Source: Pseudomonas aeruginosa (GTDB lineage: Bacteria > Pseudomonadota > Gammaproteobacteria > Pseudomonadales > Pseudomonadaceae). From it: DNA of 32,000 bases. This document shows positions 1 through 9,680 of the stretch, piece by piece (position 1 is the stretch's first letter; the number at the start of each line of letters is the position of its first letter). The stretch is from assembly GCF_001457615.1 (NCBI RefSeq), contig NZ_LN831024.1, positions 4,200,001 through 4,232,000 on the forward strand, in the 5' to 3' direction. Position numbers and translations under genes: made by a program. The notes beneath the pieces are model-generated. The model ran no database searches and was not told the DNA's origin. It saw only the letters and a program-made list of their open reading frames with translations.

Positions 1-573
1 GCCGGCTGGCGAAGCTGCGACCATCTGCGCGACGCGCCCGGATGCGACCTGGCGCATTGGCTGGACCAGGCCGCCGCCACGCTGGCCGGCGAGGAGCGGG
101 TGATACTCTGCGGCCACAGCTTCGGCGGCTACCTGGCGCAATGCCTGGCGGCCCGCCTGGGCGAGCGCGCCGCGCACCTGTACCTGTTCAGCGCGCTGGT
201 CAGCGAGGGCGGCGGCGCGCTGGAAAGCTACCAGGACAGCGGCCAGGACAATCTCCTCGGGCTATGCCGCCTCGACCCGCTCGGAGGGCGGGTCCGCCTG
301 GAAGACCGCGCCGGCTTCCTCGAACTGCTCGGCGCCGAGGTGCCGACCAGCGCCAGCGAACCCGCGCAATTGCTGATCGACTCGCCGCGGCAGGTTCGTC
401 CAGCCTGCCCGGTCACCTACGTTGTGGCGGCCGCCGACCGGCTCAGCCCGCCGCCGCTGCAACGTACCTTCGCCCACCGCCTGGACGCGCGAGTGCGGGA
501 ATACCCGGGCGGGCACCTCGCCGCACTGGCGGACCCGCGCTTCCTTCGCGCCCTTATCGAATCTAATAATTAG
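1..573 (+). CDS. alpha/beta-fold hydrolase, C-terminal part (5' end upstream of window)
   Basis: Frame 1 is open from base 1. GHSFGG nucleophile-elbow (GxSxG) motif at the start of track ORF 100..573. High-GC codon pattern. Confidence 0.6.
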   Translation, partial: AGWRSCDHLRDAPGCDLAHWLDQAAATLAGEERVILCGHSFGGYLAQCLAARLGERAAHLYLFSALVSEGGGALESYQDSGQDNLLGLCRLDPLGGRVRLEDRAGFLELLGAEVPTSASEPAQLLIDSPRQVRPACPVTYVVAAADRLSPPPLQRTFAHRLDARVREYPGGHLAALADPRFLRALIESNN

Positions 574-691
574 ATAGATAAAGCCAAAAATACGCGCTTT
601 TTTATCGCAATGATCTGACGGATGATGACCCCATCAACCGCCCGCCCCCCTCGCGCAAACGAGCGGCGACGGGCCCAATGGAGATCCGATC

Positions 692-1390
692 ATGATCGAA
701 CGTCGTCCCTTCGACCGTCTGGGCCATGCCAACCACGGCTGGCTGAACGCGCGTCATCATTTTTCCTTCGCCGACTACTATGATCCGGAGCGCGAGGACT
801 GGGGCCGCCTGCGGGTCTGGAACGATGACGAGATCGCCGCCGGCAGCGGCTTCCCGCCGCACCCGCACCGCGACATGGAGATCATTACCTATGTCCGCGA
901 AGGCGCGATCACCCACCAGGACAGCCTGGGCAACAAGGGCCGCACCGAGGCCGGTGACGTGCAGGTGATGAGCGCCGGTACCGGCATCGTCCATTCGGAG
1001 TACAACCTGGAAGCCGAGACCACCCGGATCTTCCAGATCTGGATCATCCCGGACCGCCGCGGCGACCAACCGCGCTGGGGCTCCAAACCGTTCCCGAAGG
1101 CCGAGCGCGACGGTCGTTTCGTCACTCTCGCCAGCGGCGACGAGCAGGACAGCGAAGCGCTGCACATCCGCGCCGACGCCGAGGTCGCCGCGGTGACCCT
1201 GAAGGCCGGCCAGAGCGCCGAGTACGCCCTGGAAAACGGTCGCCGCGCCTACCTGGTGCCGGCCACCGGCAGCATCGAGGTCAACGGCGTGCGCGCCGAG
1301 GCCCGCGATGGCCTGGCGGTACGCGACGAACCGACCCTGAAGGTCACCGCCCTGGAAGACAGCGAAGTGCTGCTGGTGGAAGTGGCCTGA
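692..1390 (+). CDS. pirin family protein (cupin)
   Basis: 232 aa. N-terminal HGWLNARHHFSF and GFPPHPHRDMEIITYV metal-binding cupin motifs are typical of pirins (YhhW-like). Confidence 0.85.
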   Translation: MIERRPFDRLGHANHGWLNARHHFSFADYYDPEREDWGRLRVWNDDEIAAGSGFPPHPHRDMEIITYVREGAITHQDSLGNKGRTEAGDVQVMSAGTGIVHSEYNLEAETTRIFQIWIIPDRRGDQPRWGSKPFPKAERDGRFVTLASGDEQDSEALHIRADAEVAAVTLKAGQSAEYALENGRRAYLVPATGSIEVNGVRAEARDGLAVRDEPTLKVTALEDSEVLLVEVA

Positions 1391-1396
1391 CCCGAC

Positions 1397-1433
1397 AGCC
1401 CCTCGCCCCCACGGGCGAGGGGCTGCTTTCGTT
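1397..1433 (+). terminator. rho-independent terminator after pirin gene
   Basis: Perfect 12-bp stem agcccctcgccc (1397-1408) / gggcgaggggct (1413-1424) with a 4-nt loop, followed by gctttcgtt. Lies 7 nt after the stop codon. Confidence 0.65.
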
Positions 1434-1559
1434 GCGCCCCAGCCTCTCTCGACGCAGCGGCGTTATCCGCCGCAACGCCTCCGGCCCTGCCGACTGGGTT
1501 CTTCCCAGCTTCACGCTTCGCGCTCACACTACCCGCAGAAGAATTCGAGAGGCTCCGCC

Positions 1560-2495
1560 ATGCGTGAACTGCAACCCCTGCTGGAGAACCACGGGCTGCT
1601 CCTGCTGTTCCTCAACGTGCTCTGCGAGCAGGCCGGGCTGCCGATCCCCGCCTACCCGGCGCTGATCGTCGCCGGCGCGCTGGCCATGCAGGGCGTCGGC
1701 GCGCCGCTGGGCGTGGTCCTGCTGGTGGTGGTGCTCGCCTGCCTGCTGGCGGACGTCGCCTGGTACCTGGCCGGACGCCGCTACGGCGGCTTCCTCCTGC
1801 GCAGCATCTGCAAGGTCTCGCTGTCCCAGGACAGTTGCATCCGCCAGAGCCAGAACATGTACCTGCGGGTCGGTCCGAGGGCGCTGCTGATGTCGAAGTT
1901 CCTGCCCGGCGCCAGTGCGTTGTCCACCACCCTGGCCGGCATGACCCGCACCCACCTGCGCCGCTTCCTCGCCTACGACGCCGCCGGCTCGGCACTCTGG
2001 GCCGGTTCCGCGCTGCTGCTGGGGGTGATCTTCAGCGATGCGGTAGACCACCTGCTGGCCCTGCTCAGCGACTACGCGGCCATCGGCGCGCTGCTGATCG
2101 CCGGCGCCTTCGCCGCCTTCATCGCCTGGAAGCTCTGGCAGCGCCAGCGCCTGCTGTCGCGCAGCCGGCGGATTCCGCGAATCAGCGTGGAGGAACTGGA
2201 AAACCTTCGCGAACAGGGGCAATTGCCGGTGATCCTCGATGTCCGCGCCCATCACGAAGACGAGCCGAGCGGCATTCCGGGAGCCATCCCGGTGGAGCTG
2301 AACGTGTCGCTGAAGGACCTCCCCGGCGACCTCAGGGACGCCAGCATCGTCATCTATTGCGCCTGTCCCCACGAACTTTCCGCCGCGATGCTCGCCCAGC
2401 GCCTCAACGCCTCCGGCTTCACCCGCACCTGGGCGCTGGCCGGCGGCCTGGACGCCTGGCGCAAGGCCTACGGGCAGGTCGTGGCGAACGCCTGA
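1560..2495 (+). CDS. DedA-family membrane protein with C-terminal rhodanese domain
   Basis: 311 aa. N-terminal half has multi-TM DedA/SNARE-associated-like sequence (LLLFLNVLCEQAGLPIPAYPALIVAG). C-terminus has ILDVR...IVIYCACPHELSAA, a rhodanese-like active-site loop. Confidence 0.7.
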   Translation: MRELQPLLENHGLLLLFLNVLCEQAGLPIPAYPALIVAGALAMQGVGAPLGVVLLVVVLACLLADVAWYLAGRRYGGFLLRSICKVSLSQDSCIRQSQNMYLRVGPRALLMSKFLPGASALSTTLAGMTRTHLRRFLAYDAAGSALWAGSALLLGVIFSDAVDHLLALLSDYAAIGALLIAGAFAAFIAWKLWQRQRLLSRSRRIPRISVEELENLREQGQLPVILDVRAHHEDEPSGIPGAIPVELNVSLKDLPGDLRDASIVIYCACPHELSAAMLAQRLNASGFTRTWALAGGLDAWRKAYGQVVANA

Positions 2496-2511
2496 GCGAC
2501 GCCCACCGGGT

Positions 2512-4011
2512 TCAGCCCAGGGCCTGCACCGCCGCGCCGCCGGCTTGCCGCTGCGGCGCCGGCGAGGAGAACACCAGGTAGCCGTCCTCGACCTTGCCGT
2601 AGCGCAGCAGCGCCAGGTCGAGGACGTAGTTCTGGTAAAGCTTCCAGGGCATCCGGTCGCCCTGCTTGGGCATGCGCTCGGCGGCGCGCTGGATGTAGCC
2701 GGAGTCGAGGTTGAGGAAGGGCTCCTCGCGCACGTCGCCGGTGCTGTCGCGGGCGGTCACCTGGCGCATGCCGGTGGCGTCCATGTGATTGATCAGGCGG
2801 CAGAAGTATTCGCTGGAGAGGTCCGCCTTGAGCGTCCAGCTGGCGTTGGTATAGCCGACCACCGCCGCCAGGTTTGGCAGGTCGCGCAACATGATGCCGC
2901 GATAGCCCATGCTCTGGTTGACCTGGAACGGCTTGCCGTCGACCGCCAGCTCGGCGCCGCCGAACATCACCAGGTCGAGGCCGGTGGCGGTGACGATGAT
3001 GTCCGCCTCCAGCACCTCGCCGGTCTTCAGGCGAATGCCCCGCTCGACGAAGCGGTCGATGTGCTCGGTGACCACCGACGCCTTGCCCTTGCGCAGCACC
3101 TTGAACAGGTCGCCGTCCGGCACCGCGCAGACCCGCTCGTCCCACGGCTTGTAGCGCGGGCTGAAGTGACGCATGTCGAAGCGCTTGCCCAGTTGCAGGC
3201 TGGCCAGCTTGAGCAGGACCTTGCGGACCAGGCCGGGGAAGGTCCTGGCGAGCATGAAGAAGACCACCTGCATGGCCACGTTGCGCGCCCGCGCCTGGCG
3301 GTAGACCCAGGTTTCCGGAAGGAAGCGGCGAAGGAAATTGGAGATCGCGTCCTTCTGCGGCAGGGTGATCACGTAGGACGGCGAGCGCTGCAACATGGTG
3401 ACGTGGGCGGCCTTGTCGGTCAGCGACGGCACCAGGGTCACGGCTGTCGCGCCGCTACCGATCACCACCACCTTCTTGCCGCTGTAGTCGAGGTCCTCGG
3501 GCCACAGCTGCGGATGGACGACCTGCCCGGCGAAGTCCTCGCGGCCGACGAATTCCGGGGTATAGCCGGCCTCGTAGCGGTAGTAGCCGGTGCACATCAG
3601 CAGGAACTGCGCGGTCATGCGCAGCGGCTCGGGCTCGTCACCGCGCTGCACGTCGAGGTCCCAGCGCGCATTGGCGGAATCCCAGTCGGCCCTGAGCACC
3701 CGGTGGCGGTAGCGGATCTTCCGGTCGATGCCGTTCTCCCGCGCGGTCTCCTCGATGTAGCGGCGGATCGAGGGACCGTCGGCGATGGCCTTGGGATCGC
3801 TCCATGGCTTGAAGTTGTAGCCGAGGGTGAACATGTCCGAGTCGGAACGGATGCCGGGGTAGCGGAACAGGTCCCAGGTACCGCCCATCGCCGCGCGCCC
3901 TTCGAGCAGGGCGAAGCTCTTGCCGGGGCAATGCTTCATCAGGTGGTAGGCGGCGCCGACGCCGGACAATCCGGCGCCGACGATGAGTACGTCCAGGTGT
4001 TCGACAGGCAT
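2512..4011 (-). CDS. FAD-dependent Baeyer-Villiger-type flavin monooxygenase
   Basis: Start moved to the ATG at 4011 (AGGAA SD; MPVEHLDVLIVGAGLSGVGAAY = GxGxxG). BVMO fingerprint FAGQVVHPQLWPED. Second dinucleotide motif VVVIGSGATAV. Confidence 0.8.
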   Translation of the reverse strand: MPVEHLDVLIVGAGLSGVGAAYHLMKHCPGKSFALLEGRAAMGGTWDLFRYPGIRSDSDMFTLGYNFKPWSDPKAIADGPSIRRYIEETARENGIDRKIRYRHRVLRADWDSANARWDLDVQRGDEPEPLRMTAQFLLMCTGYYRYEAGYTPEFVGREDFAGQVVHPQLWPEDLDYSGKKVVVIGSGATAVTLVPSLTDKAAHVTMLQRSPSYVITLPQKDAISNFLRRFLPETWVYRQARARNVAMQVVFFMLARTFPGLVRKVLLKLASLQLGKRFDMRHFSPRYKPWDERVCAVPDGDLFKVLRKGKASVVTEHIDRFVERGIRLKTGEVLEADIIVTATGLDLVMFGGAELAVDGKPFQVNQSMGYRGIMLRDLPNLAAVVGYTNASWTLKADLSSEYFCRLINHMDATGMRQVTARDSTGDVREEPFLNLDSGYIQRAAERMPKQGDRMPWKLYQNYVLDLALLRYGKVEDGYLVFSSPAPQRQAGGAAVQALG

Positions 4012-4177
4012 AAGGTTCCTCGATCGGCGGAAGCGTCCAGCCGTCTGCTGGGCTGATGCCCTCCACCCTACAGAGGGGATGCCGCGCGGGTATCCCAACC
4101 TTCGTACTGCGATATCCGCAAAGTATGGACCCAGGCGTGGGAATCACCCATGCCGGCGTACCGGCATGGGTCGGGCG

Positions 4178-6019
4178 CTAGGAGGCGCGGGAAGGTTTCT
4201 CCGGGGTCTCCGCCGCTACCGCGCCACGGTCTTCCAGCTGGTCGGTCTGGAACAGCGTCTCCAGCTCGACCCGCGCCTCGCGAGCGCTTTTGATCAGCGC
4301 GTCGCGGTCGTTGTAGAACAGGTGCTGGGAGGCCAGGACCTCTTCGTCGTGCCGACGGAAACGACGGATCCGCGCGTCCGCCTGTTCCTCGCTCAGACCC
4401 AGGCCGCAGAGCACCATGCGGCTCATCTCCAGGCTGGAGAAGAAGGTCTCGCGCACCGGCTCGACCCCGGCGTCGAGCAGCAGGTGGACGTGCTGGCGGT
4501 TACGCGCGCGGGCGATGATCTTCAGGTGCGGATACAGCTTGCGCACGCGCTTGGCCGTCTCGATGTTGGTCTCCGGGTCATCGGTGGCGATGACGAAGAA
4601 CTCGGCCTTCTCTACCTGGGCCGCGCGAAGGATCTCCGGGCGCATCGGGTCGCCGTAGAAGATCGGGATCGCGCCGAGGGTACGGGTCAGCTCGATGGTC
4701 TCCACCGAGGTGTCCAGGGCGATGAACGGCACGCGCTGGGCGCGCAGCACGCGAGCGACGATCTGGCCCATGCGGCCGACCCCGGCGATCACCACGCGCG
4801 GGGTGTCGTCGTTGTCGATGCGTTCCATTTCCGGCGGCGGCTTCGTCGCCTCCGGCTCCTTCGCCAGCAGGCGCGCGAGGCCGAGTACCAGCAACGGGGT
4901 CAGGGCCATCGACAGGGTGATGGAAAGCACCAGCAGGTTGTGCAGGTCGTTCTGGAACAGGCCCTGGTCGCGGGCCATCTTGAACACGACGAAGGCGAAC
5001 TCGCCGCCGGCCGCCAGGACCACGCCCAGGCGCAGCGCCGAGGCCTTGTCGAGGCCGCCGGAAATGCGTCCGACGAAGTACAGCACCGGCGCCTTCAGGG
5101 CGATCAGCAGCACGGTCAGGCCGAGCACCATCCACGGCGACTTGAGCAGCAGGCTGATGTCCGCGCTCATCCCCACGCTGATGAAGAACAGGCCGAGCAA
5201 CAGGCCCTTGAACGGCTCGATCTGCGCCTCCAGTTCGTGGCGGTACTCCGAGTCGGCCAGCAGCAGGCCGGCGAGGAAGGCACCGAGGGCCATGGACACG
5301 CCGGCCAGCTCCATCAGCAGCGCGGTGCCCATCACCACCAGCAGCGCGGTGGCGGTGGACATGTCCTGCAGCTTGGTCTGGGCGACGATGCGGAACACCG
5401 GGCGCAGCAGGTAGCGGCCACCGACCACCACCGCGGCGATGCTGCCGACTACCTTGAGGGTCTGGGTCAGTTCGCTGCCGCCGGCGTCGCTGTGCGCACC
5501 GCTGAGCAGCGGGATCATGGCGATCAGCGGGATCGCCGCGATATCCTGGAACAGCAGGATGGCGAAGGCCAGGCGGCCATGGGGCTGGGTCAGTTCCTTG
5601 CGCTCGGCGAGGATCTGCAGGCCGAAGGCGGTGGACGACAGCGCCAGGCCCAGGCCGAGCACCACCGCGCTGTTCACCGGTTGGTCGAAGCCGACCAGGG
5701 CCACGGTGCCGATCACCACGCCGGTCAGCAGCACCTGCAGCAGGCCGACGCCGAACACCGACTTGCGCATCACCCACAGGCGCCGCGGCGACAGCTCCAG
5801 GCCGATGATGAACAGCAGCAATACCACGCCCATCTCGGAGATCTGCGCGACGCTTTCCGGGTTGTCCACCAGGCCCAGCACGCTGGGACCGATCAGCACG
5901 CCGGCCAGCAGGTAGCCGAGCACCGCGCCCAGTTGCAGGCGCTTGGCCAGCGGCACCATGAACACCGCCGCGATCAGGAAGACCACGCCGGACTGGAGAA
6001 AACTGCTTCCGTGTTCCAC
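4178..6019 (-). CDS. kefB: glutathione-regulated K+-efflux (KefB/KefC family) monovalent cation:proton antiporter with TrkA-N/RCK domain
   Basis: N-terminus FLIAAVFMVPLAKRLQLGAVLGYLLAGVLIGP resembles E. coli KefB/KefC. C-terminal VVIAGVGRMG Rossmann (RCK) domain. Start uncertain: GTG 6019 (GGGAG SD) or TTG 6025. Confidence 0.8.
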   Translation of the reverse strand: MEHGSSFLQSGVVFLIAAVFMVPLAKRLQLGAVLGYLLAGVLIGPSVLGLVDNPESVAQISEMGVVLLLFIIGLELSPRRLWVMRKSVFGVGLLQVLLTGVVIGTVALVGFDQPVNSAVVLGLGLALSSTAFGLQILAERKELTQPHGRLAFAILLFQDIAAIPLIAMIPLLSGAHSDAGGSELTQTLKVVGSIAAVVVGGRYLLRPVFRIVAQTKLQDMSTATALLVVMGTALLMELAGVSMALGAFLAGLLLADSEYRHELEAQIEPFKGLLLGLFFISVGMSADISLLLKSPWMVLGLTVLLIALKAPVLYFVGRISGGLDKASALRLGVVLAAGGEFAFVVFKMARDQGLFQNDLHNLLVLSITLSMALTPLLVLGLARLLAKEPEATKPPPEMERIDNDDTPRVVIAGVGRMGQIVARVLRAQRVPFIALDTSVETIELTRTLGAIPIFYGDPMRPEILRAAQVEKAEFFVIATDDPETNIETAKRVRKLYPHLKIIARARNRQHVHLLLDAGVEPVRETFFSSLEMSRMVLCGLGLSEEQADARIRRFRRHDEEVLASQHLFYNDRDALIKSAREARVELETLFQTDQLEDRGAVAAETPEKPSRAS

Positions 6020-6021
6020 GC

Positions 6022-6495
6022 TCAACTCCCGCTGGCGGCGCTGGCGCCGAACCGGTCGCGGATGGTGGCGATGGTCTCCACATCCATGGCGATATAGGCC
6101 TGCTTGACGAAGGCGTCGTAGGGCAGTTCGTCGCCCAGCGGCTGCAGGTAGCGGGTGCAGTAGGCGAAACGCACGAACAGCGAGCCGGGCTCCGGCTCCT
6201 CGATGGTCATGTCGAGGCTGCCGCCGGCCACCTCGGCGCTCGGCTTGATGCTGTAGTGGGCACTGTCCGGCGCCTTCAGCACGACTTCGTCCTCGACCAC
6301 CAGACCCGGCAGGTACAGGCGCCGGTGCAGGCGGTCGCCGTCATCGACGAGGATCTCGAAACGCTCCAGGCCGACGACGAAATACTGTGGCTCGCGCGCA
6401 CGGCAGACCAGGCCTTCCCAGAGTTGCAGCCGGTCGAGGACCGGCAGGTCGACAAGCGTCCGGTCGTTGACCTGGACCAGGTGTTCGAATTGCAT
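6022..6495 (-). CDS. conserved hypothetical protein (possibly SRPBCC/DUF1857-like), stop overlaps kef start region
   Basis: ORF 6022..6504. The ATG at 6495 has an AGGAAG SD 8 nt upstream. Balanced amino-acid composition. Family assignment is weak. Confidence 0.5.
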   Translation of the reverse strand: MQFEHLVQVNDRTLVDLPVLDRLQLWEGLVCRAREPQYFVVGLERFEILVDDGDRLHRRLYLPGLVVEDEVVLKAPDSAHYSIKPSAEVAGGSLDMTIEEPEPGSLFVRFAYCTRYLQPLGDELPYDAFVKQAYIAMDVETIATIRDRFGASAASGS

Positions 6496-6654
6496 GTGGC
6501 TCACTTCCTGTTCGGTGCATGCGATAGGCGAGTTCTGACCGGCGATGGGTGCAGAAAGTTTTCCCGCTGCCGGCGAATCGCCAGACCGCAGGTCCGCAAC
6601 GATCGCCGACAGGCATTCGAGGACGCCGCCGGGGCACCCGGCGGCACATCGACC

Positions 6655-7602
6655 TCACTCGGCGTCGATCTTCCAGGGAATCGGCGGAGCGCTCAAGCGC
6701 GGCCCTTCCAGGGCGTCGAGCCGGCCGAAGCGAGCATCCCCCTCCTCCCAGGCCTTCTGCGCCCGGGCGATCTCACCCTTGCTGTGGCCGACGAAGTTCC
6801 ACCACATGAAGATCTCCGCGCCGAACGGTGCGCCACCCAGCAATAGCACCCGCGCGCCAGGGTCGAGTTGCAGTTGCAGGCCGTCGCGGCCGTCGCCCAG
6901 GTAGGCCAGTTCGTTCACCGCGAAATGCTCGCCGCCCACTTCCAACCCGCCTTCCAGCGGCAGCAGGCCGTACTCGAAGTGCGGGTCGAGCGTCAGTTGC
7001 AGGGTCGAGGCGTCGTGGCAGGCCAGGTCGGCACCGAGCAGCGGCGAGTAGAGCCGGCACGGCGCCTGTCGCCCGGCCAGCGCACCGGCCAGCAGGGTGA
7101 AGGTGACCCCCTGCTCCTGCCAGCGCGGCAGGTCGGGATGATGGTCGAAGGCCGGGGCGATGTCGCGCTGCTCGTAGGGCAGCGCGATCCACAACTGCGC
7201 GGCGTGGGCGTGGCGCTCGTCGGGCAGCGACTCCTCGGTGTGGGCGATGCCATGACCGGCGGTCATCAGGTTGACCTGGCCGGGGCGGATCACCTGGACG
7301 TTGCCCAGGCTGTCGCGGTGCAACGCCTCGCCCTGGATCATCCAGGTAAAGGTCTGCAGGCCGATGTGCGGGTGCGGGCCCACGGCCAGTCCGCCGCCAG
7401 GTTCGAATTCGGCGGGACCGGCATGGTCGAGGAAGCACCAGGCACCGATCATCCGCCGCTGGCGCGACGGCATCAGCCGACTGACGGTGATCCCGCCGCC
7501 GATTTCCGCGGCACGCGCGGTGACCCGTTGCAGCAGGTGTTCGCGGCGCTCCGGACAGTCCCGCGAGGAGGACAGGTCGCAACGCTCTTCGGTATTGCTC
7601 AT
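6655..7602 (-). CDS. pirin family protein (two-cupin, ~315 aa)
   Basis: True start is the ATG at 7602 (GGAGAG SD; MSNTEER...). GPHPHIGLQTFTWMIQGEALHRDSLG pirin motif. The 685-aa track ORF is a high-GC read-through artefact. Confidence 0.85.
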   Translation of the reverse strand: MSNTEERCDLSSSRDCPERREHLLQRVTARAAEIGGGITVSRLMPSRQRRMIGAWCFLDHAGPAEFEPGGGLAVGPHPHIGLQTFTWMIQGEALHRDSLGNVQVIRPGQVNLMTAGHGIAHTEESLPDERHAHAAQLWIALPYEQRDIAPAFDHHPDLPRWQEQGVTFTLLAGALAGRQAPCRLYSPLLGADLACHDASTLQLTLDPHFEYGLLPLEGGLEVGGEHFAVNELAYLGDGRDGLQLQLDPGARVLLLGGAPFGAEIFMWWNFVGHSKGEIARAQKAWEEGDARFGRLDALEGPRLSAPPIPWKIDAE

Positions 7603-7628
7603 GTTCAGGCTCTCCGGTGACGAGGCAT

Positions 7629-8186
7629 TCAACCGCGCAGGCGGCGCACCCATAGCTGCAGGGCCTGCAACTGCTGCTGGATCAGCTCGCGCGCCTTGTC
7701 GTCGAGCAGCCGGCCCTGGGCGTCGAAGGCGTTCTGCGCGCTGGAGATCATCACTTCCGGCTTGTTCAGCGGATGAACGTCGAGGAACACCAGCGTCTGG
7801 CGCAAGTGATACTGCGCCCGCGCGGTGCCGAAACGCCCGGCACTGGCACCGAGGATCGCCGCCGGCTTGCCGGAGAACGGCTGCTCCGGCGGCCGCGAGG
7901 CCCAGTCGATGGCATTCTTCAGCACCCCGGCCATCGAATAGTTGTATTCCGGGGTGGCGAACAGCAGCGCGTCCGCCGCGCGGATCTGCTCGCGGAAGCG
8001 TTCCACCGCGGGCGGGAAGCCGAGGGCGTAGACGTCCTCGTTGTACAGCGGGATGCCGGAGATGTCCGCCAGCTCGATGCTCATGCCCGGCGGGACCAGG
8101 CCAATCGCCTCCTGCAGCGCCGCGCTGTTGTAGGAGCCGCTGCGCAGGCTGCCGGAAATGCCCAATACCTTGATGTCGTCGCTCAT
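7629..8186 (-). CDS. NAD(P)H-dependent FMN reductase (ChrR/YieF-like)
   Basis: 185 aa. KVLGISGSLRSGSYNS flavodoxin-like FMN-binding N-terminus. GAGGAG SD. Confidence 0.8.
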   Translation of the reverse strand: MSDDIKVLGISGSLRSGSYNSAALQEAIGLVPPGMSIELADISGIPLYNEDVYALGFPPAVERFREQIRAADALLFATPEYNYSMAGVLKNAIDWASRPPEQPFSGKPAAILGASAGRFGTARAQYHLRQTLVFLDVHPLNKPEVMISSAQNAFDAQGRLLDDKARELIQQQLQALQLWVRRLRG

Positions 8187-8213
8187 GCCGTGCTCCTCGT
8201 TGTGCGTGCGGGT

Positions 8214-8621
8214 TCAGTCGCGTAGCTGGCTGCTGACGCTGACCTCTCCGGAGAGTACACGATGGATCGGGCAGGCATTGGCGATCTCCAGCAGACGCTG
8301 GCGCTGCTCGGCGTCGAGATCGCCGGCCAGGCGGATGTCGCGGCGGATATGGGTGAAGGGCTCCGGCTTGGTGCGTTCCTCGACGATGTTCAGTTGCACG
8401 TCGATACCCTCCAGCGGCCACTCCTTGCGCTGCGCGTACATCGCCACAGTGATCGCCGTGCAGGCGCCCAGCGCCGAGAGCAGGATCTCGTGCGGCGAGG
8501 GACCACTGTCGCCGCCACCGAGGGCGGCCGGCACGTCGCTCAGCCACTGGTGGCTGTCGTCGCCGAGGGTCACGCGATAAGGGGTGGTGCCGAGGGAAGC
8601 GTTGACGACCTGGGTAGCCAT
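8214..8621 (-). CDS. OsmC/Ohr family peroxiredoxin-like protein
   Basis: Start at the ATG at 8621 (AGGAGA SD; MATQVVNASLG). PSPHEILLSALGACTAITV and ANACPIH, the two conserved Cys regions of the OsmC family. Confidence 0.8.
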   Translation of the reverse strand: MATQVVNASLGTTPYRVTLGDDSHQWLSDVPAALGGGDSGPSPHEILLSALGACTAITVAMYAQRKEWPLEGIDVQLNIVEERTKPEPFTHIRRDIRLAGDLDAEQRQRLLEIANACPIHRVLSGEVSVSSQLRD

Positions 8622-8696
8622 GGGGTTTCTCCTGTGCATGGGGGCGTGCCGGAACCTCGGGTTCCGGCGAAGCGGCGTTCCGATGAAAACACCTGG

Positions 8697-8741
8697 ACGG
8701 AAAACGACACAAGGCACCCGATGGTCGGAGTGCCTTGTGTC
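8697..8741 (-). terminator. hairpin terminator downstream of isochorismatase-family gene
   Basis: Perfect 12-bp stem gacacaaggcac (8706-8717) / gtgccttgtgtc (8730-8741). On the minus strand it is followed by GTTTTCC. Confidence 0.45.
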
Positions 8742-8762
8742 CGGGACAGCGGCGAAGCCGGC

Positions 8763-9380
8763 TTACTTCTTCGTGCCGAAGCTCTGGATCAGGTTGGCGT
8801 ACGCCGGCAGGTGGCCGCCGAGGATGGCACCGAAGCCTTCGATGTCGTTGCGCCAGTCGCGGTGCAGTTCGCAGCCGACGCTGAACCAGTTCATCAGTTG
8901 CGCGCCGGCGGCGGTCATGCGCGCCCAGGCGGCGTCGCGCACCACCGGGTTGAAGGTGCCGGAGGCGTCGGTGACGACGAATACGTCAAACCCCTCCTCC
9001 AGTGCCGAGAGGGTCGGGAAGGCTACGCAGACATCGGTCACCACGCCGGCGATGATCAGTTGCTTCTTGCCGGTGGCCTTGACTGCCTTGACGAAGTCCT
9101 CGTTGTCCCAGGCGTTGATGTTGCCGGGGCGGGCGATGTACGGGGCCTGCGGAAACATTTCCTTGAGTTCCGGCACCAGCGGGCCGTTGGGGCCATCCTC
9201 GAAGCTGGTGGTGAGGATGGTCGGCAGGTTGAAGAACCTGGCGATGTCGGCCAATGCCAGGACGTTGTTCTTGAACTCGTCCGGGCTGAAATCGCGGACC
9301 AGGGAGAGCAGGCCTGCCTGGTGGTCGACGAACAGCACCGCCGCATCGTTCTTGTCGAGTCGCTTGTAGGTGAAGGACAT
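8763..9380 (-). CDS. isochorismatase-family hydrolase (YcaC-like)
   Basis: Start at the ATG at 9380 (GGAGAAACACC SD; MSFTYKRLDK). AVLFVDHQ, KQLIIAGVVTDVCV catalytic-Cys motif. Confidence 0.8.
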   Translation of the reverse strand: MSFTYKRLDKNDAAVLFVDHQAGLLSLVRDFSPDEFKNNVLALADIARFFNLPTILTTSFEDGPNGPLVPELKEMFPQAPYIARPGNINAWDNEDFVKAVKATGKKQLIIAGVVTDVCVAFPTLSALEEGFDVFVVTDASGTFNPVVRDAAWARMTAAGAQLMNWFSVGCELHRDWRNDIEGFGAILGGHLPAYANLIQSFGTKK

Positions 9381-9680
9381 GGTGTTTCTCCGGTCTCGGG
9401 CGGCGTCCGTCGCCGCGCGGTGTGAAACGAAGCGCCTCCTGGGAGGCAAGCATGGGCGGTCTCGGGAGCGCACGCCGCCCATCAAGAGTAGTGACAGCGA
9501 CAGCGATTTACCGCCCGGTAAAATGCGAAAACGGTGTTCTCGATACGAGAACAATGCCATTCCCCGGGCGCGCTACGCTTGCCCTGCCATTGTCTTTCCC
9601 GCACGTTCGACGCGCGCATCCCCTTACCAGGAGTTCTCCCGCATGCGACAGTCTGCCTCCCGATTGTTTCGAGATTCGCC

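Noticed and set aside
3983-6097. Very long ORFs antisense or off-frame to real genes (e.g. 3983..6097 + 704 aa, 2545..4056 + 503 aa, 4578..6083 - 501 aa, 15664..17142 - 492 aa, 14848..17265 + 805 aa)
   Set aside because: They have the Arg/Ala/Gly/Pro/His-rich composition typical of non-coding frames in ~66% GC DNA. Each overlaps a gene with clear family motifs on the other frame or strand.
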